A stretch of DNA of 63,919 nt, filler included, from Octopus bimaculoides (taxonomy: Eukaryota): the NCBI RefSeq assembly GCF_001194135.2. It is 5 parts of 4 records of this genome, joined end to end, with 100 filler letters (N's around TTAATTAATTAA, not from the genome) between each part and the next. Parts side by side here need not be neighbours in the genome. Positions count along the whole stretch, not along the records: positions 31,598 to 59,559 come from NC_068983.1; positions 59,660 to 62,762 come from NC_068993.1; 3 more parts are not named here. The stretch is one strand, 5' to 3'. The notes under the pieces are model-generated. The model did not search any database and was not told the DNA's origin. It saw only the letters and a list, made by a program, of their open reading frames with translations. Shown here piece by piece: positions 49,863-62,084 of this stretch (its first letter is position 1; each line of letters opens with the position of its first letter). A program made the position numbers and the translations under genes.

Positions 49863-51538
49863 GTAGCTGGGGTATTGCACTTACGATAGCTAAAACGAGG
49901 TTTCGATTCCCAGACCGGGTATTGCATTGTGTTCTCGGACAAAACACTTCATTTCACGTTGCTCTGCGATCACTTCGACACAACTGACGCGTGGCACACC
50001 GTGCACTTATGTGTACAGACAACGTCGATTCGATGGAAGGAGAAGGAGCGAATTTATGTGTAGTACAAACATTTGAGTGTTACAAACAAATCATCCGTGC
50101 AGATTGTTCAACAAGAAATTGACAAAACCTTCATCTATCATCTACGACAGGAAAACCTACAATCAGAACAGTTAGTGTAAGAACGGAGATACAAATTGTC
50201 CAGATGAATGAATATAGTTATTGAGAAAACTATTGCTTGATATTAGTATAATACTTATAATGTTTCAGCTGCAAAATCTTTCAACGGACGATGCTTTGTG
50301 TTCTCGAGTAAAACACTTCATTTCGCGTTGCTCTGCGATCACTTCGACAAAACTAACGTGCAGCACACCGTGTTCAGTCAATGTCGATTCGATGGAAGGA
50401 GTGAGCTTATTTGCACATTTGAACATTATAAACAATTTGTCCGTGCAGGTTATTCAGCAAGAAATTGGCAGAACCCTCATCTATCGTCAACGACAGGGGA
50501 GTCCACATTCAGAACACTTAAAGTGAGAACGAAGATACAAATTGTCCAAATGTATGTCTACAGTTCTTAAGAAAACTATTGCTTGATATAATGCTCATAG
50601 TGTTTCAGCGGCAAAATTTTTCAATATTCGATTCCCAGACCGGGCGGCAAAATTGTTTTCCCACGAGAGTTCCGGACCCCAGTAATGAGCTCATTTGCAT
50701 GCAGCCAATCATAGCTCACCTTGACGTTGTTGTCAAGTCAGCAAACACACTCTATTAAGTAAACTCAAGACGAAGAAGGGTATTGTAAGTCGACCGATCG
50801 CCAAGTTATGCCTGATTTTAGAAGGAGACAAGTAATTAGATAGATTTGCATCGGATTTTGCTAGGGCCCCATATGGTAAAGATGTGGATGAGAAAAATGT
50901 GGGTAGAGGGTGATGTGCTAGCAACCTTCTTCCCTTACTGTTTTATAAAGTAAACAACAACACAAATAACTACGCAGACACAGCCATGGTTGAAACAAGA
51001 ACAACAAGCATTCTTAAAAGTGAAAACAAGCCTGGTCATTCTTTACCCAAGTAACCTTATCTTATCACCCATCACTTGTTATGCGCTCATAAGTTAATTT
51101 GATAGTTGAGCTCTGATTGGCTGTATGCAAATGAGTTCATAACTGGGGTCCGGAACTCTCGTGGGGAAAAAAATGTTGCGACCGGGCGATGCATTGTGTG
51201 TTTGAGCAAAACACTTCAAGTCACATTGCTCTGCAATCACTCGGACATCTGACGTGTGTCACACCTTGCACCTATACAGGCAATGCCGATTTAATGAAGA
51301 GACTGTGCTAATGAACAACACAAACATTTGATCACTGTAAACAAATCATCCGTACAGGTTGTTCAGCAAGAAATTGGCGGAACGTTCATCTATCGTCAAC
51401 GACAGTGGGGTCCACATTCAGAACACTTAATGTGAGAACGGAGATGCAAATTGTCCAAATGAATGCATACAGTTCTTGAGAAGACTATTGCTTGATATAA
51501 TGCTTATATTGTTTCAGATGCGAAATCTTTCAATATTC
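49863..51538 (+). mobile_element. Head-to-tail trimer of SINE family D (units ~49863-50283, 50284-50629, 50630-51538)
   Basis: Three collinear copies of GACCGGGC..AAAACACTTCA..CAGCAAGAAATTG..CAAATTGTCCA..CTATTGCTTGATAT..TTTCAATATTC. Confidence 0.8.
50647..51179. mobile_element. MULE-like MITE (533 bp, ~72-bp TIRs)
   Basis: 9-bp TSD GACCGGGCG at 50638-50646 and 51180-51188; removing it restores the SINE consensus; TIRs begin GCAA(A/C)ATT. Confidence 0.8.
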
Positions 51539-51788
51539 TATTTATCATTAGAAACTTTTCATACGAACTTATGTGTGAATTTAGCTCTTGCCGTGATTGA
51601 GCTGTAAAGTGTGATTTGAAGGAGACGTGGTTGCTATTTTTAGCAGACCACATTGAATTTCCCTGCTTGGTTCATTTCTCCTGTTGTTGGTAATGATGGT
51701 GACGGTAGTGATGTTGTATTTTGTTGTAGTTCAGCCCCAGGTCAGGCCTGATTGAGCAGACCTGTGCTCAATGTCATTCGAGACATGA

Positions 51789-52044
51789 CTATTCTGTCTA
51801 CATAGAGGCATATTAGTATGTGGATGGGAAAAATGTGGGTAGAGGGTGATGTGTTAGCAACCCTCTCCTCTAACTGTTATATAAAGTAAACAACAACACA
51901 AATAACTACGCAGAGGCAACCATGGCTGAAACAAGAACAAGAACAACAAGCATTCTTAAAAGTGAAAACAAGCATAGTTATTCCTTACCCAAGTGACCTT
52001 ATCTTATCATCCATCACTAATATGCCTCTATGTAGGCAGAATAG
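51789..52044. mobile_element. 256-bp element with 29-bp terminal inverted repeats
   Basis: CTATTCTG(T/C)CTACATAGAGGCATATTAGT at 51789-51817 and its reverse complement at 52016-52044. Confidence 0.65.
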
Positions 52045-52289
52045 CATTTTCCATACGATTTGAAGAAGATCTTGTTGCTATTTCTAACAGGTAAAACGAC
52101 TGCATGAAGTCTGTCTTATAGAATTCGTATCGCGGTCATCAGGATTCCATTGGGTTGTTTTAGTTGCTGATGTTGTTCTGGTTTAGCCCGAAGCCAGTTC
52201 AAGCAGAGCTACGATCAAAGGTATCCCATCTATGAACATCCAGTCATTTTTAAGAGTATTTAAGACTTCATTATCACGTGTATCCTTTA

Positions 52290-53343
52290 TTTAAGACTGA
52301 GGAAGTACACGAGGAATATTTCTAACATATCGATTGGTTGCCTTAACGTCTCTTCGTTCGTGTGGGTGCTAACGATAATGGCGTTTTTATCGTTGGCACT
52401 AGTGTCAGTGGTGGCTGGGGAGGTGGTACTGTTGCTGCGGGCGATGATTCTGGTGATGTGATAGTAATGTTTTGAGGGCGTTATTGGTGTAATGGAGGTG
52501 TCTGTGTTGGTATTGGTTACCATATTGAGGATAGTGCTGGCGTTAGTCTTGATGCTGGTAGTGATGGTGGCGGTCGTGGTGATGGTAGCTGTAGTAGTGG
52601 TGGTGATGGTAGCTGTGGTAGTGGTGGTGATGGTAGCTGTGGTAGTGGTGGTGATGGTAGTTGTGGTGGTAGTGANNNNNNNNNNNNNNNNNNNNNNNNN
52701 NNNNNNNNNNNNNNNNNNNNNNNNNNNNNNNNNNNNNNNNNNNNNNNNNNNNNNNNNNNNNNNNNNNNNNNNNNNNNNNNNNNNNNNNNNNNNNNNNNNN
52801 NNNNNNNNNNNNNNNNNNNNNNNNNNNNNNNNNNNNNNNNNNNNNNNNNNNNNNNNNNNNNNNNNNNNNNNNNNNNNNNNNNNNNNNNNNNNNNNNNNNN
52901 NNNNNNNNNNNNNNNNNNNNNNNNNNNNNNNNNNNNNNNNNNNNNNNNNCAGCGGTGGTGGTGGTGGTGGTGGTAGTGATGGTGGTTGTGGTAGTTGTGG
53001 TGGTAGTGATGGCAGCGGTGGTGGTGGTGGTGGTGGTAGTGATGGTGGTTGTGGTAGTTGTGGTGGTGGTGATGGCAGCGGTGGTGGTGGGAGCAGTGGC
53101 GGTGATGGTGGCAGCGGTGGTGGTGGGAGCGATGATAGTAGTGGTGCTAGTGCTACGGGCGTTTGTGGCTGTGACGCTTATATATTGATGATGACGCTGT
53201 TGTTGTTCTTTGTGGTTGTGGTGAGAGTGATAGTAGTGATGGTGATGATGGTGGTGATCGTGGTGATGGCAATGGTAGTGATAGTGATGATGGCATTGAT
53301 GATAGTGATGATGATTGTGGTGGTGGTGGTGTTGGTGGTGTAG
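52290..53343. repeat. GGT/GAT/GTA-derived repeat with 24-bp and 63-bp higher-order units
   Basis: Directly visible; spans a gap. Confidence 0.85.
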
Positions 53344-53442
53344 TAATTAGGAAACCATAGATAGGTAACGTGAAACTCTGTAAGCACAGCAGTGATGAGA
53401 GAATTGTGTAGGAGAATTAAAGAGTGTGAAAGGGGTGTGAAA

Positions 53443-53537
53443 AAGAAGAAGAAGAAGAAGAAGAAGAAGAAGAAGAAGAAGAAGAAGAAGAAGAAGAAGA
53501 AGAAGAAGAAGAAGAAGAAGAAGAAGAAGAAGAAGAA
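53443..53537. repeat. (GAA)n microsatellite
   Basis: Directly visible; runs into a gap. Confidence 0.95.
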
Positions 53538-54011
53538 NNNNNNNNNNNNNNNNNNNNNNNNNNNNNNNNNNNNNNNNNNNNNNNNNNNNNNNNNNNNNNN
53601 NNNNNNNNNNNNNNNNNNNNNNNNNNNNNNNNNNNNNNNNNNNNNNNNNNNNNNNNNNNNNNNNNNNNNNNNNNNNNNNNNNNNNNNNNNNNNNNNNNNN
53701 NNNNNNNNNNNNNNNNNNNNNNNNNNNNNNNNNNNNNNNNNNNNNNNNNNNNNNNNNNNNNNNNNNNNNNNNNNNNNNNNNNNNNNNNNNNNNNNNNNNN
53801 NNNNNNNNNNNNNNNNNNNNNNNNNNNNNNNNNNNNNNNNNNNNNNNNNNNNNNNNNNNNNNNNNNNNNNNNNNNNNNNNNNNNNNNNNNNNNNNNNNNN
53901 NNNNNNNNNNNNNNNNNNNNNNNNNNNNNNNNNNNNNNNNNNNNNNNNNNNNNNNNNNNNNNNNNNNNNNNNNNNNNNNNNNNNNNNNNNNNNNNNNNNN
54001 NNNNNNNNNNN

Positions 54012-54069
<58 letters not shown>

Positions 54070-54998
54070 GGCGCCTGCGGTAAATTCATTCTCACTGCAT
54101 TCTACATTTAATTAATTTTAATTAACATTTTGGTATTGTTTCCCTTGATTTTATTCGCCAGAATCGGATTTTTAGATAATGGTTGTTATCATCATCATCA
54201 TCATTATCATTAGAACTGTGTATATTTGTTCTTTTATTCCTTAACTTGTTTCAGTCATTTGACTGCGGCCATGCTGGGCACCGCCTTAAGAAAATTTACA
54301 AATTTTAATTATTTATTTACAAATTTAATTATTCAAATTTTCTTGTCTTTCTACATAAAGTATGTTAATACCCACTTTACTACATACGTCCAAAAACACA
54401 CACAGTTGCACACATATACATGTGTGTGTATATGTGTAGGTATGTATGTTTGTATGTATGTTCTCTTTCTTTTTCAAATTTTAGAGTAAAATTTGACCGG
54501 CCATTTACTTGGTAGCAAGGTTGTAAAGGAAAGTATCTTCTTTTAACTATCATCCTTTGAATCTTTAGAAGGCCTTGTAACGTGGTTATTTATAGCATGT
54601 GAATTAAAATTTCAGCCATACTTTGCTCCAGGCAGGTTGGTATGTATTCCGTTGCTCCAGTAATAATAAGTATGACGCTCAAAGTTTATCTTGGGTACTG
54701 GGTTTGCAAACTACTTATCAATGGTCCATAGATGTCCTCTTTCTCTTGTATTTTTCTAACCACATTCGTGTCCAAGGGCAGCTGATTTCCACAACAGAAC
54801 ATATCTTTTTTTTTTTTTTTTTGTCCCACACAACAATATCTAGCCGGTTGTGCTTTAACTTAGTGGTTGTTTAATTTTTAAGTTTCACCAGTATTCTTTT
54901 GACCCATCGGTCTCAATATGGTTAGCTTCGCTTGTATGTATGTACGTACGTACGTACGTACGTACGTATGTATGTATTGGCTGGATGGATGGATGTCT

Positions 54999-55252
54999 TT
55001 TTTTTGCGGCTTTTTAAAGCCTAGCCAGGCTCATGGGCCCGGTTTCCCGGTTTCAATGGCGTACATGCTCCCCAGCTGGATGGGACGCCAGTCCATCGCA
55101 GCGTTACTCATTTTTGCCAGCTGAGTGGACTGGAGCAACGGGAAATGAAGTGTTTTGCTCAAGAACACAACGCATCGCCCGGTCCAGGAATCGAAACCAC
55201 AATCTTACAATCATGGTGCTGACACCCTAACCACTACGCCACGCGCCTCCAC
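54999..55252 (-). mobile_element. tRNA-derived SINE with CORE-like and V-like segments
   Basis: Head GGAGGCGCGTGGCGTAGTGGTTAGGG; 11-bp TSD GATGGATGTCT at 54988-54998 and 55253-55263. Confidence 0.85.
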
Positions 55253-55837
55253 GATGGATGTCTACCTATGTAAATAGAATGAGAAGAGCAACGAAAGTGG
55301 TTTACAAAAGGTGAAGTGTATGTGGAAGTACGTATGTGTTGACTGTTTTGAGATGGAAGGGCTGTCTCCATAACACTTGGACCTTGCAGAACTTCGTCTA
55401 GATAAGTAAAAGGGATAATGAAGTTGTCTAGAAAACAGAGAAAAGGTGGAAATTCTGAAGAGTTGCTGTTATAAGCAGATAAAAAATAGGAAAGAAAATG
55501 CGTTGGCTCAAGAAAGTTAGAGTTGAGAAAAAAATAAATAAATAAAGTAAGAAAACACAAGCGAAGAATTGGAAAGATTAAATAGATATAAGATAGTAGA
55601 AAGCGAAAGAAAAGATAATGAAAAGAGAAAGATTCAGTGTTCGTTATTAAGTATGTAGATGAAGTGAGAGGTTGATGTTACTGTTTACATTTATTTTTTT
55701 ATCTGGTCTGTGTCCGTTGTAGACCCGGGTTAATTTCCCCATTAACTTGATCTACATGTTTTCGTTTATTTATTTATTTTTTCTGCTTTCCATTGAAGTT
55801 CACAAAGAGAACTTTTTTCTTTTCCTGCTATTTCTAT

Positions 55838-56857
55838 TACGAGATTTCTACCGAATGTAATGTAAAAGCGAGCACAACTTTTTTTGTTAATTGACCCAAG
55901 TCGTTCAAATTGCATATGTTGGTAGAGTAATTCTCCTTCTGTTATAATTTTTCTTCCTGTTTTGCTTCATGGCAAACAATTAATGGGTTCTAGGCAGAAA
56001 CAGAAATAATGTACCATCATTAAGTTCTTGATGAAGCTGGGGTGCATGCTGTCCTACATCCACGGAAGGATACAGGTTATCTACAGAGATGACACCATTG
56101 ATAAGAGCAATGTGCGCAGGTGGATGAAGGGGAAAACCAGCATTGAAAACAAATCACCCAGTGGAAATTAATATCTGATTCGAAGGAGGGAAGAGTGTAA
56201 GTCTGCTCTGATCTGGCGAAGCCCGTGAAATCGATGAAGCGCCCCCCCCCCCCTCGATTAGGCGACGGGATGAAATGTGGCCATATCATTACGATCCGGA
56301 AAGGAAGGCTCAGTTCATCGAATGGTATCATTCCTATTCTGTAAGACCTAAGAATTTCAAGGGCCAGTGATTGGCTATGAAAATCATTGAGACTGTTTTT
56401 AGAGATGATAAGAGTGTCGTTCTCTTTGGTCTTCTGGAACGTGGTTGTACCGTGAACAGTGAATTGTACATTGAGGCACATAGAAAAGCTTACAAAATCC
56501 ATTAGGAGAAAGAGATCGAACAAGAGTCAAAATCTGAGAATGGTAATAAATCATCCATCGGCTTATTGGGATAATCAATCATCGCCTATCTACCATTAAA
56601 AGAAAGAGTCTTCAAGAAGAACGATTTGATGATACAGACGAGGTGGAAATAGGTACAACAGTGAATACCTCAAATTTATCAAAGGAAGTTCCCAAGTTAA
56701 ATTCAACAATGGCTCAAATGCACCACTTGTAATGGAGACTACATTGACTTATATATCCTTACTCTACCAATATGTGAAATTTGAACGATCTATGCCAATT
56801 AATAATAATTAAAAAAAAATACGCTTTCTTTTGCACTATTTTTGATACAACATCGTA
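55838..56857 (+). mobile_element. Highly degenerate mariner transposon
   Basis: TACGAG.. and ..CATCGTA ends; remnants IKFLMKLG, DKSNVRRW, YHYDPERKAQ, QWLKCTTCNGDYID. Confidence 0.65.
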
Positions 56858-57699
56858 TATCTCAATTTTAATAGTTTTCATGTTTTTAGACAGCGTTTTA
56901 TTTTTAATTTCTGAAAATTTAGAATATCTGTCAACGCAAACTGATTAGTGCATCCTCATGTAATTACATATGTTGTTCTTCTTTGCATCTGGTCAACTGT
57001 CACTGACCAGACCTATGATCAAAAACATGACCATGTCGGCCAGTTTTTTTTAGGTGTTGACAGATCGTGTGCGAGCAAAAATGTACGAGCCCTGCCACTT
57101 CTAGCCAATCGGGTGACCACGTAAATCTTTCCCCATTAGCTCGGAATAAGTCTGAAGTCAAATAAACCATCATATCACTCAGTTCGTTATTTAAGCTTTC
57201 GTAACGTAGCATATCTAAGGCAAATTATATAAGAAGAGCTCATTTTCATTTAAATTATATCCACTTTAAAATTTGAACTCAGCACTGCGATTTAACGACA
57301 CCCAATCTTCAGTGGTACGACGCCCTTAATACTTCCAGCGTGACACGAGTCTATTTACAGTGAGTTGTACTGAATCAAAAGAGATTAGATATGTTGATCA
57401 TGTACACTTAATCTCTCGCCTAGATGAACTCCAACACGTGGTCTTTGATGTCTTTACTGGAGTTCTCTTAAACAGACATTCAGATTAAATACATGAATTG
57501 AGGATACAATGGGTAATTTAATCTAGATTTAAAAACCAGATCATTTAACCTATGTCTTCACGCATACTTTCTTCATCTTCTTGTCGATTTGTTTGAATAA
57601 ATCATTCAGGGCTGTCTTTTACATGACTGCAGTCCAATGAGTGAAAAAAGTAAAAGTTGAAAGATAACGGATTAAAAAAAACAAAGGGATGAAATAAGA

Positions 57700-58915
57700 A
57701 GAAAAAATGTAGAAAACCGACTGGCAAAGGTAACAGTATGTTCACCAGACTACAAAATGGCCTGGAACAACAAGCACCTGGAAAAAGGCACGGAAATCAG
57801 TATGTAGGAGAACCGTTTTGTTAACGTGTCTACTATGCAGCTCCGAGTCATGTGTTACCTATTGTCAACATCTACGGCCCACTGAGCGCTTCAGTCAGTG
57901 CGGTCAAGGTACCATCTGTAACATCCACTAGAACAGTAGTTCTCAACCAGAGTCTATATGGCCTATGAGGGTCCATGTAAGAATTTTGGGCATCCACACA
58001 ATAAAATAGTATGTTAGGAATCCACGATGGTATTTTAAGGGCCCTGAAAATAATTTGCATTAGATGTATGTATCAGTATGTATTGCAAGAAACAGCTAGG
58101 TTTCTTTTTCTAACGTAAAACGGGCCTCTCATAGCTCAACCTACACAAGTTAATGCGTGAAAAACAAAATAAGTACTTTGAGAAAAGTTTCTATAAAACT
58201 AGCTTTTAAACTATATTGTTATATTTCGGGATAGTTAATTTTTTTATTTCTTTTTCTAAATATAACAATAATTGTTGCAACACACGATTTCACACCAGGA
58301 ACCTTGCAAGACAAATTCATAAACGTAGTTTTTAAACATCGAATGGCTATGGGGGAGGCCACCAGAATAAAATAGTAACGAAAGGGGTCCATACGGAAAA
58401 AACGGTTGAGAACTCCTTCACGAGAGTGGCCCGTTTTACCAACATTAAAGTCCTCTAGCATGTAGGTGTCACCAGCATCGTAGCTGCATCTATTAGGGCA
58501 TATTTTCCGGATGGTGAACCATCGCCTGCGCTAGGCAGTACAATATGGCGAATACTTCGCTAGCCATGATAATAGAGGGATATCAAAGAAGAGAAACAGA
58601 GATTCTCTGAAGAAATCCCTTGGTGCTTGTTAACACTGACCGTCGCCTGTAGTAGAGACTAGCCTCTGATCATGGAAATTGACAACACACCATTGACCAA
58701 TTGGTTTTCTTTTTCGAAAATGCATGCAGGGCCGGCCACCGGAACAAATGAAGATGGAAGAACTTTGACACTGTGGCAACGAATTTAGAACAGAACTTTC
58801 CTAACAGAAGCTGCATCCAGACAATATCTTGGATTCACCGGTCACTAGCAAACCTGCAACAGGTGCGGAGTGCTCCTTCCCACAGTATTCTTTCGAAAAG
58901 TCAAAGGCATGAAAT
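57700..58915 (+). pseudogene. RTE/BovB-like LINE 3' fragment interrupted by a hAT MITE
   Basis: NVENRLAK..WNNKHL..ERF..NIH | TNIKVL..LGHIFRM..QYGE..RGISKKRNRDSLKKSLGAC..TVATNLEQNFP. Confidence 0.75.
57934..58418. mobile_element. hAT-type MITE
   Basis: TIRs CAGTAGTTCTCAACC / GGTTGAGAACTCCTT; degenerate 8-bp TSD CACTAGAA / CACGAGAG. Confidence 0.78.
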
Positions 58916-59043
58916 ACTGCTGCTGCTGCTGATAATGAATGGTGGTGGTGGTGGTGGTGGAGATAATGATGATAATGAAGATATTATTGATGACACATGT
59001 CCGTGTGTATACATGTATATATACATATGCATAACACACACAC

Positions 59044-59515
59044 ATTTGTTTCAGTCACTGGACTGCAGTCATGCACGAGTACCAACTTCCAGGCTTTAGC
59101 TTAACAAATTGACCCCAGGACTAATTTTTATATAAGTCTGATATTTATTCTATCAGCCTCTTTAACCGAACCTCTAAGTTACAGGGATGTAAGGAAAGCA
59201 ACACCGGTTGTCAAGTGATGGTGGGAGACCAACCCAAGCACAAATGCAAACACACACATATACATATGTGAGTGCGTGTGTATGTGAGTGCACGCGCGCA
59301 TACGTGTGTGCTTGAGTTTGTGTTTGCCCACACGACCGCTTGACAACCGGTGTAGCTGTGTTTACGTCCTCGTAGCTTAGTGGTTCGACAAAGTGACCGA
59401 TAGAGTAATTATCAAGCAAAACAAAAAATGAGTACTTGGGTCGATTCATTCGATTAAAAGCTTGCTCAAGGTGGTGCCCTGGCATGGCCACAGCCATAGT
59501 GGCTGAAACAAAAGA
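59044..59515. mobile_element. Two SINE family C 3' halves back-to-back (minus 59044-59250, plus 59305-59515)
   Basis: Both contain the TTGACAACCGGTGT..GGTTCG..GTCGATT..CATGGC..TGAAACAA module, in opposite orientations. Confidence 0.72.
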
Positions 59516-59824
59516 TTTTTTAGGCCATTTTGCTTGTTACACATATGCGCATGTGCACANNNNNNNNNNNNNNNNNNNNNNNNNNNNNNNNNNNNNNNNN
59601 NNNTTAATTAATTAANNNNNNNNNNNNNNNNNNNNNNNNNNNNNNNNNNNNNNNNNNNNGCTGCATCGAAACGTACGTAAGTGACTAAGACATAATATAC
59701 AAAATGACTCATTACATAACCTAAACCTCCACACTGACTCATTTCACAAGTTCCACATAATAAAACAACGGCTATCTAGTCCAACGAAAATGCTTTTTCT
59801 TGTATTTGTTGCTCCATTCTCCAA

Positions 59825-59866
<42 letters not shown>

Positions 59867-61439
59867 TTGCCTCAATGAATTATATCTGACCCATGCAAAT
59901 ATGGAAAAGGGGACATTAAAATGATGCCGATGTTCATGATGATGCTAGTGTTAACAATGATGATGCTGAAGATGACGATGACGACAATGACAACGATGAT
60001 GATGATGAACTTGATGACATACCTTTAGTTTCACCTGTATACAACTATAATGAAATGCTTCTAACAAGACGTGAACTCACGTCTTCATCATTACACTCTC
60101 CACCAACAGTCCACAATATGTTAGCTGAAAGCTGGGTCACCAGAGACGTTCATTTAAACTGTTGCCAAACTTTTTTTTTTTTTTTTTTTTTTTTTTACTC
60201 TCCACAATGAACCAAGAATATCAAAAACGTAGGACACATCGTAAATATAATTTCATCTCAACCTCCATCAACGCCGCCACCACCACCACCACCACAACAA
60301 CAACAACAACAAATTCACCAACCACTGCCGCTACCGTCGCTGCCGCAATCACCACTGCCACCACCTCCCAATCTCATCATTTCATTTTCCTTCCTCTCGC
60401 TTCGACCGCCATCTCCACAATCGCACACAATAAACTCGTAACCAGTCACTTCCATGTCCAACTTTCATGTGTCAATATAATTTTCTGTGCCAAATCGGTG
60501 AAATCCTACTGTTATTTATGCAAGATATTGAACAATCGACTTAATTATACAAATTATGCTGCGAGGCCTTTTTCTCAAAGAACACAGCATCAAAACACTA
60601 AAGCCAGATAACAATAGACTAAGAAAGTATTGTGTCGAGAGAGAAATCAACTCTTCCTTCTTCTCAACTTCCTCTTTGCTCTCCATAACGTTTCCACGCC
60701 ATTTTATATATCTCCCTCTAACAGGCTTACAATTATAGAACTCGTTCACACACACACTCTCTCTCTCTCTCTCTCATACACACATACTCATACATACAGA
60801 CGTACACACACTCATATTCACATGCACTTATGTCAAATACACTCATACATACACGTGCCTGAAAACACACCCACATATATCCTAAGATTCATATATCACT
60901 AACAGACATATGTAAATATACTTCAAGCACACACACACACGTGTGTGTGTGTGTGTGTATAGAGACTTATACACATGTTTATGTATGAGTACATATTTTA
61001 ACATGACTTAGTGGTAAGAGCATCGGGCCCACAACCACAAGGTAATGAGTTCAATTCCCGGACTGGGTTGTGTGATGTGTTCTTGAGCATTTCTATGAAC
61101 ATTTCTTCTTCTGTCATATTCAGTTCTTAGCATTTGATTCATCATCATTTAATTGACAATAACCAATATCTATTATCAATGTTTCTACCAATCTGAATAG
61201 AAAACCTGAAGAACGGGCTTGAACTTTCCTAGAAATCGAGCTAATTTGTCCTAAATACCTCAGATTAATTGGTCTGTTGATATAGTGCAAACATAACTGT
61301 TTAGTTAAGTTGTTTGCTTCTTAACCACATAGTTTTATGTTCAGTCTCAGTGCATGGTACCCTGCTGACCAAAGCCTTATGAATGGATTTGATAGGTGAA
61401 AACTGAAAGAAGCCTATCAAATATTTCATCATTCTCCTC

Positions 61440-61690
61440 TATCTCTGCCTGCAGCAGAAAGTGCACCAGTATGGGGTAGTTACCTCCAGAGCATTCGATC
61501 TCTGACAGGAGCATTCAGAAAAGCTTTGTCAAGACCTGGCCATGCTGTGGTATTGCTTCTTCAAATCTTTGGTTACCAACCTCTGTTATTCTTTCTGCTA
61601 ATCATGCCTTCCAAATAGGTCTTGCTGATGCCACAGACTATTCACTTAATGTGGCCAAGCAGTTAGAGGAATTCATTTTAGATGACAGAG
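61440..61690 (-). pseudogene. Degenerate RTE-like LINE 3' end
   Basis: Minus strand KTYLEGMISRKNNRG..LNAPVRDRMLWR. Confidence 0.45.
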
Positions 61691-62084
61691 GTGATTGGTG
61701 GTAATTTGGTTTATTTGTCTTAGATCTTCAGTTCTGACACTGTCTGAAAGTCTGGTATCAGTAATTAGTCAAATGTATATATATATGTGTGTGCGTGTGC
61801 GCGTGCACGTGTGTGTGTGTGTTTGTGTCTGTGCTTGTCCCACCCNNNNNNNNNNNNNNNNNNNNNNNNNNNNNNNNNNNNNNNNNNNNNNNNNNNNNNN
61901 NNNNNNNNNNNNNNNNNNNNNNNNNNNNNNNNNNNNNNNNNNNNNNNNNNNNNNNNNNNNNNNNNNNNNNNNNNNNNNNNNNNNNNNNNNNNNNNNNNNN
62001 NNNNNNNNNNNNNNNNNNNNNNNNNNNNNNNNNNNNNNNNNNNNNNNNNNNNNNNNNNNNATATATACACACACACGCATATAT

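Noticed and set aside
61778-61845. 68-bp exact duplicate of 62250-62317
   Set aside because: It is identical through a microsatellite and ends at a gap, so it is most likely mis-extension of a contig end.
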